Below are positions 57,726-64,000 of a stretch of 64,000 nucleotides of DNA, piece by piece. The first letter of the stretch is position 1; the number at the start of each line of letters is the position of its first letter. The DNA comes from the human T2T-CHM13v2.0 reference genome, Homo sapiens. Where the stretch lies: assembly GCF_009914755.1 (NCBI RefSeq), contig NC_060930.1; one strand, 5' to 3'. The translations under genes were made by a program, and so were the position numbers. Below the pieces are notes generated by a model. It saw only the letters and a list, made by a program, of their open reading frames with translations. It did not search any database and was not told the DNA's origin.

Positions 57726-59323
57726 ATTAAAAAAGAAGGAAGGAAGAAATGAACAAACTAATAGATAAATGAAGAGATAAAACTGTAATCCCATTTAATG
57801 GAGTTATTCACAAAATTAAATGATTGTCAGGAGTTCTGAAGAATAAATTCTCAATAGTGAGGTTGTTAGAGGCTAAATGTCCTCTACATTCCTTTAGGAT
57901 TCAAAATTCTATCAACTTATAATCAGTTATATTGAGAAATACTTAAAATATCAACATATCCTTCAAAGCTCCTTCAATTTACCAGTAAATAATAAACTGA
58001 TACATGACATCTACAACATTTAAAATGAAATAACAGTTGATTCTAGTCTGATTAATTGCTTGTTAGAATAATCACGCTCTCCACCTTCCCCAGGGAGTAC
58101 TCAAATTAAGTGACATCCTTTGTAATACATTATGTGCTTCCTCTTTTGAATTAAGAATCTTTTTAAAATAGCCATATAATAAGAAATGAATTAGTAAACA
58201 TCAATTTGCCTTTATTTTATGGATAATTGTTCTGTAATTTAAAAGTTATTTTTAAGCACTTAAAATTTCTCTTTGGGAATAGTTCTAATAGTTTTTTTTT
58301 TTGTTGTTGTTAATCATTTTTTTGTTTTGTCTTAGATAAATGTATTTTTAAAAATCATTTGGCTGTGAAAAATTGAAGCAATAGCCATATTATTTAGGGC
58401 CCAATTCGCACTCAGCTAAAACAAATCTTTCTCCAGTAACAACATATACACCGAGATACTTTTAATGAACCATTCAATTATTTGTTCTTTTGTAAAATTT
58501 ACATTACTAATTTAGAACTGAGTGCTTTTGTGTAGGATTTACATACTTAACAGAAACCTTTTCCAAGAGATTTATATATTCACATTCAGCCACACAACCA
58601 AATAATTATAATGCAATGATAATCATCATAATAGGAAAACAAGTGTAGGCAATTAAATGTTTTCTCTACATTTATAGCTCATAGCTTCTTTTTTCTTATG
58701 GGAAGCTTTTTCATAGCATTGTCTTTAATAACTGAGAAAATTTTTGTACCAAAATTAGAAATTTACATATATGCTGCAAATTAGTAAAATAAATGTAGTT
58801 TCCTATTTTTAATATCTGATGTGGTTTTTTTAGAGCTACAGTATTTTAGATAACTCAATCTTGTTTTAGTTAAAATTCTCAGTATTCAGTGTCTAAAGAG
58901 AGTAGGACTAGAAAGTGGCTTCACAGTCCTTAGTGTTCTGCTTAAGGGTGGATGACTCCTTTGTGGTGTGCTTAGATTTCACTCATGGGTTTTTTTCTGG
59001 TGGCTGAAGTCAAATTGTACAATTAGAAGATATTCATCTTGTCTTTCTCTTAGCTCTTCCATGATCTATTGGTGATCTCTGGGACATGAGGGAACTTCTT
59101 CAGCTTTCACTGATCTTGACATGTAATGGACTTTTATTTGTTTTTTGGCCTTGCATGGTAAACTCAACTGGCCTAGGCTACAGGGTCGCTTAGCTGCCAC
59201 TGTGATAATCAGCTGTACTACAATGGTCTCAGCATAGTTCCTTCAAGCACATAGAACATGTAAGCGTGTTTTGCTCCATTTGGAAAATGAAGGAAAAAAA
59301 AAAACTCAGGCTTTGCTGTGTAA

Positions 59324-59367
59324 TCTCTCTCTCTCCTCTCTCTCTTTTCCTTGGTTTCTCCCCCCTA

Positions 59368-59418
<51 letters not shown>
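59324..59418. repeat. (CT)n-rich tract and (CA)n microsatellite
   Basis: Directly visible. Confidence 0.95.
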
Positions 59419-59419
<1 letters not shown>

Positions 59420-60110
59420 CATACTGTAGGTGTTTGTCTACCACTGAAGAAGTGAAGGGGAAGCCTTCAATAAAGTTGCCTAAAGGATCCTTAAATGAGA
59501 ATCCAGACAAAAACTTGTCTAGTTCTCTCCCTCTTTCTCACTTGTGTCTCTGGGATCTCCTCCTTCAGCATGTAGCCATATATGTACCCGGGGCTTATTG
59601 CCTCGATTTCTATTTCCATCCCCATTTCACTGTCCCTCAGAACTGGGTGTGGGGAGGTAATTTATTTAGTTAAATCATATTTTTTTCCCGTGTAATAAAA
59701 TGTTATATCTAGCTAGGCAGAACTAGCTTAGGACATGCTAATTGAAACTATAGTAATACTATTCAGAAAATGGTGTTCTTTTAACAAGGCTTCACTTTCA
59801 AAGAGATTGCTGTTTCTATACTAATACACTCTTCTAGTAAACAAAAGCTGAACATTTATTCTTATTTTGCTTAGTGTTTTAGTTACACAAGGCCTAATCA
59901 CTCACACTCCCAATGTCATTTCTCTCACCAAAACTCCACATCCTAAGGCACATAGGTGCCTTGGCTGAGGAAGACAAATACATTATATGGTGAAATATGA
60001 AAAAGAAGAGTCAACTGAATAATTTTAGAAAGTGTTACCCTCACTTTATTCCAATTATTCAGAAAGTTTGAGAGTTCAGGAAAAGACCCAGCAATAATTT
60101 GAAATTAATT

Positions 60111-60499
60111 GGTATATGAATTGGCTAGGACTGCCATAACTGAATATCACAGAATGGGTGGCTTAATTAACATAAATATATTATTTCCCAAATCTGGAGG
60201 CTGGAAGACCAACATTAAGGTGCAAGCGGGATATGTTTCCCCAGAGGCCTCTCTCCTTGGCTTGCAGATTGCTGCCTTCTGTCTACTTTGTCCCCACTTA
60301 GCCATTCATCTGCTAATGAGCTCCTGGCATCTTTTCATCTTCCTATAAAAACACCAGTCATATTAATAGATTGAGGCCCAACCCTTATGACCTCATTTAA
60401 CCTTAATTGTGATTTAAAGGCCCTGTATGCAAACATAGTCCCATTGGGGGCTAGGTCTTCAACATAGAAATTTGTGGGGATACCATTGAGACCATAACA
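60111..60499 (-). mobile_element. MLT1B-like solo LTR
   Basis: 'gctaggactgccataac...tctggaggctggaag...gaggcctctctccttggcttgcaga...gacctcatttaacctt...ccataaca'. Confidence 0.85.
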
Positions 60500-63400
60500 A
60501 GTCGTTGAAGAAAATACATTTTAAATTAATTCATGCTTGTTTTTTCTTATCACATTTTTCTCATTGTCCTTTTATTTCATCCCCTCAACTGTAGCAAATT
60601 GCTCTGATTTAATGTTGTCCAATTGAACTTCAGATGAAGAAAGTTAAGTTAATTAGATCACTCAGTTAATGCCCTAATTTTATCATTGGTCTGCATAATT
60701 TGTTCTGTTATTTAATTGATTGATTGGCTAATGGATTGATCAATTCTATTTTCTCCCTTTCCCACCTCTACCTCATAAATAATTATTCTAATATCTTAAT
60801 GGATGTCTATTTGCATGTCTTTTTCTGTCTTTTGGAAAATAAGTATTGTTTAATACAGATCAATCTTTAAATATTATTTTACTATTATTGTTTATCTTGT
60901 TTTTTCTGTTCTTTTTTCAACAACTGTGTTTTTAAGATCTGCTCGTCTTTCCATGCATTACCCCAGTCTTTGTTTCTATAACTGTAAACATTCCCTGGTG
61001 TGTGTCCACCACGTTGCATTTCCATTTGATGCAATTATCAGTACAATTTTTAGTTACATAGTTGAAATACAGACCAAGTCACATACCCGAAGTTTTTACA
61101 ACTCTTACTGGGAATTAACTCTATAATTTAAATAACCTATAAATTAAAAATAGCAAAATATGTAATTGCAAATAAAACATAATAACAATACCAATGGCAA
61201 TAGAATATATTGATAACGATCAACTGTCAGGTAAACCTCTTTAAGCAAGTCCTAAAACATAAGTAATAAAATCTGAGCCTTCAAAGTCTTCAGCAAGTTT
61301 GTAGTCCAGAGTCTTGATGAGATTAAGCTATTTGTTATAAATAAGTGAAACAGATAAATGAATGAATATAAAGTATGGTGACTTAGTTCATGTTGCTCAG
61401 AAGCAAAGCTTAAGACAAGTGTTATGTAACTGACTTATTAGACAAATTACCTTAAGAAAAACTGTTGAAGAATGGAAAAAAATAGAGCAAGAAGAGGAAG
61501 ACAAAAAGCAAGGGTTCCATTTCAGTTGAAATATCAACTGCAGGCTATCTTTGTAGGAAAATCTTTCCTCAAGGTTTGTCCCTCTATAGAGATGTAACAG
61601 AATGACTATCACATCAGTTATTGATTGGCCAGTGACTGAATAAATGTTTACTGGAATGCTTCAAGGAGAAAAATAAACCTTCCAGGCTCTGGTCTTTGTT
61701 GGCTAAGTGGCTACAGGAGCATATGAATAGTTCTCTGAAAAGAATCTCAGTTCAAGAACAGTAACAACAGCATACTTAAGCTGGGGAATGAGTCTGAGAA
61801 AATGGTAAATGGAATCACTGTGATCTGAGCAGGGCACTGATAATGTCTGCTACATGTGAAAAATTGCAGAGACCTTTGTCTAGTCATTTGATTTCTAAAA
61901 AGTGGTATCATGCAGGACTGTAAACTGAAAGATTTATGGTTAATCAAAGATTGCTAGATAGCAATTAATGTACTTATTGATATTTTAGTGCTATGTAAAA
62001 TTGTTATAAATTTGACTTCTCAAGAATTGACAGTGTCTCCTCTGTTCTAAACCAACACTTTCCTTTTACATTTGAGAAAATCTGAAACCTGGAGAAGTTA
62101 AATGACTTGTGTTGTCATGACAAGTTCCAGCATAATATCTGGGGTCAAGACCTCTAAACTCCATATTTAATTATGAATATTAAAAAAATCATTTGCAAGA
62201 CGCCATTTATAGTCACAAAATACAGTAGTCAGTAACTGCTGTAAACTGAAATCCTTGAAAATTTAGATATTGTTGGAGTCAATAAAAGTTAGTGGTATAG
62301 AAATGCTCAGGATGAAAAGCAAAACTGACAGAGAAGTGGGTAACAAATTATTCAATAAATGAGACAATACAAAGAGAGACATAGGTGCAGCACAGCTGAG
62401 GATAAAATTGATGTCTGGATTATTTTGTTTAAGGATAGGCATATTTTTAAGAATGCTTGTTCAATATATTTGATTTTTGAAAGAATGTTTTGATTGCTTA
62501 GTGTGCCATGGTTTGAAATCTGCCAATGAAAGCACATTCTTAAAAAAGAATTGTTATCTTTATTTAATGTCCTACTCTTGACCTATTTTCATATTTTAAA
62601 TTATCCCTTACAATTTTTCTGATATAACCTTCTTGAACTTAATAGTACTTTTAAATGTAATGTTTCTCTCTGCTGGATAGGTGTATTTTTTTACAGCTCT
62701 TTCTTCAAGTTGATGTCATAAGTGGGTCAGCATAACGAAATATATATGGAACAATATAAATGAGAAATTTTTGATAAGTTGCAGATTCAGTTTTGAATTG
62801 CAAACCCTTCTAAGTCTTAGTTGTGAGAAAATTAGACCGCATTACTGATAGCTTAAGCCATTTTTACTATCAAGTGAGCTTCTTTTTCAGGTTTCATAGA
62901 AAATAAAAAGAAATTAAACAATTAGACATTGCTTTTCACATTAAGAATAGAGAAAAATATTTTATTTAAAGCATGAAAATGATAGTAATTAATACTTGAT
63001 TATAAAATAAAAAGACAGTCTAGTATGAAAAAATAATCTATTCAACCTTTTATAATTCAAGCATTTTAACTTTTTAGTATTCTACCTGCTTAATATATAT
63101 AAATACATCTTTAACTTTTAAATTGAGTATTTTTCCAAGGATCATTTAAAAGTAACCAATACTATGATTTACATAATTTTTCTGAATTAAGGTCAAGCTT
63201 AGACCCATATATAATTCAGATAAATTATACAAAAAATTGTGTTTCTCTTTTATTTTCATTCTGTGATTGCTTTTCTCCTCAGTATCTTAGAAAAATAACG
63301 ATCAGATCTCTCAAATGAATTAATAGCCATTTGATATGCAAATACTTTAACATCTCTTAACCATCTGGGGTTACTATAAGCTTTTTATTCACTATTTTAA

Positions 63401-63541
63401 TAGAATCAACATGTCAGTCAAATTTACAAAACACGATTTTATTAATACCAGATAGAAAACATATATAATTGTCAGGGACAGATACAGATTTTGTGGAACT
63501 ACAGCTAATGTAATTTGTGGGAACTCTTTTAGACTAAATTG

Positions 63542-63870
63542 GGCCAGATGCAGTGGCTTATGCTTATAATTTTAACACTTTGGGAGGTCAAGGCAGGAGG
63601 GTCACTTGAGGCCAGGAATTTGAGGTCAGCCTTGGTAACATAGCAAGAATATATCTCTACAAAACATCAACAAATTAGCTGGGCATGGTGACACACACTT
63701 GTCATCCCAACTACTCAGGAGGCTGAGTGGCGAGGATCGCTTAAGGGAAGTTGAGGCTGCAGTGAGCCATCCTCATGCCACTGCATTGTAGCCTGGGTGG
63801 CAGAGTAAGACCTTGTCTCAAACAACAATAACACACACACACAAAAAAAAAAGAAAAAAAAAGAAAAGGA
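63542..63870 (+). mobile_element. AluJ with CA/A-rich tail
   Basis: Diverged dimeric Alu: 'cacttgaggccaggaatttgag', 'gttgaggctgcagtgagc'. Confidence 0.92.
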
Positions 63871-64000
63871 AGATAGGATACAATGATTCATAATTAAAAT
63901 TATAAAAGTAGTCTATTTATGAATGCTTGTTTTATGGTGTGAAAATAATTCAAAAAAATTAGAATCTTTCAAAGATGAAAAATACCATAGGTATTTTCTT

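Overview
This is AT-rich, CpG-poor primate (human-like) non-coding DNA, either gene desert or deep intron, and most of it is decayed transposable elements. I see no intact protein-coding gene, RNA gene, CRISPR array or prokaryotic feature. Nearly all ORFs in the track are Alu, L1, MaLR or ERV remnants, or microsatellite artefacts. Main structures: (1) a ~10 kb nested L1MA2-type element (11590-21606) carrying a younger L1PA, a two-LTR THE1C and a 223-bp A/T-only minisatellite; (2) a two-LTR, internally deleted HERV-IP10 (LTR10A/F, HERVIP10FH-like) provirus (23054-29267) with a tRNA-Pro PBS, pol remnants, an env pseudogene, AP-1 tandem arrays whose copy number differs between the LTRs, and an anomalous 3' junction; (3) two more two-LTR THE1 elements, with DUX4-type motifs in several THE1 LTRs; (4) a collapsed MLT2/ERVL provirus; (5) many Alu, MIR, MLT1, MST and DNA-transposon relics. 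Subfamily calls are from remembered consensus features and need RepeatMasker/Dfam confirmation. I cannot support a wholly new biological system. The best leads are ERV regulatory or structural oddities, a hairpin-unit minisatellite and a candidate unannotated terminal exon.
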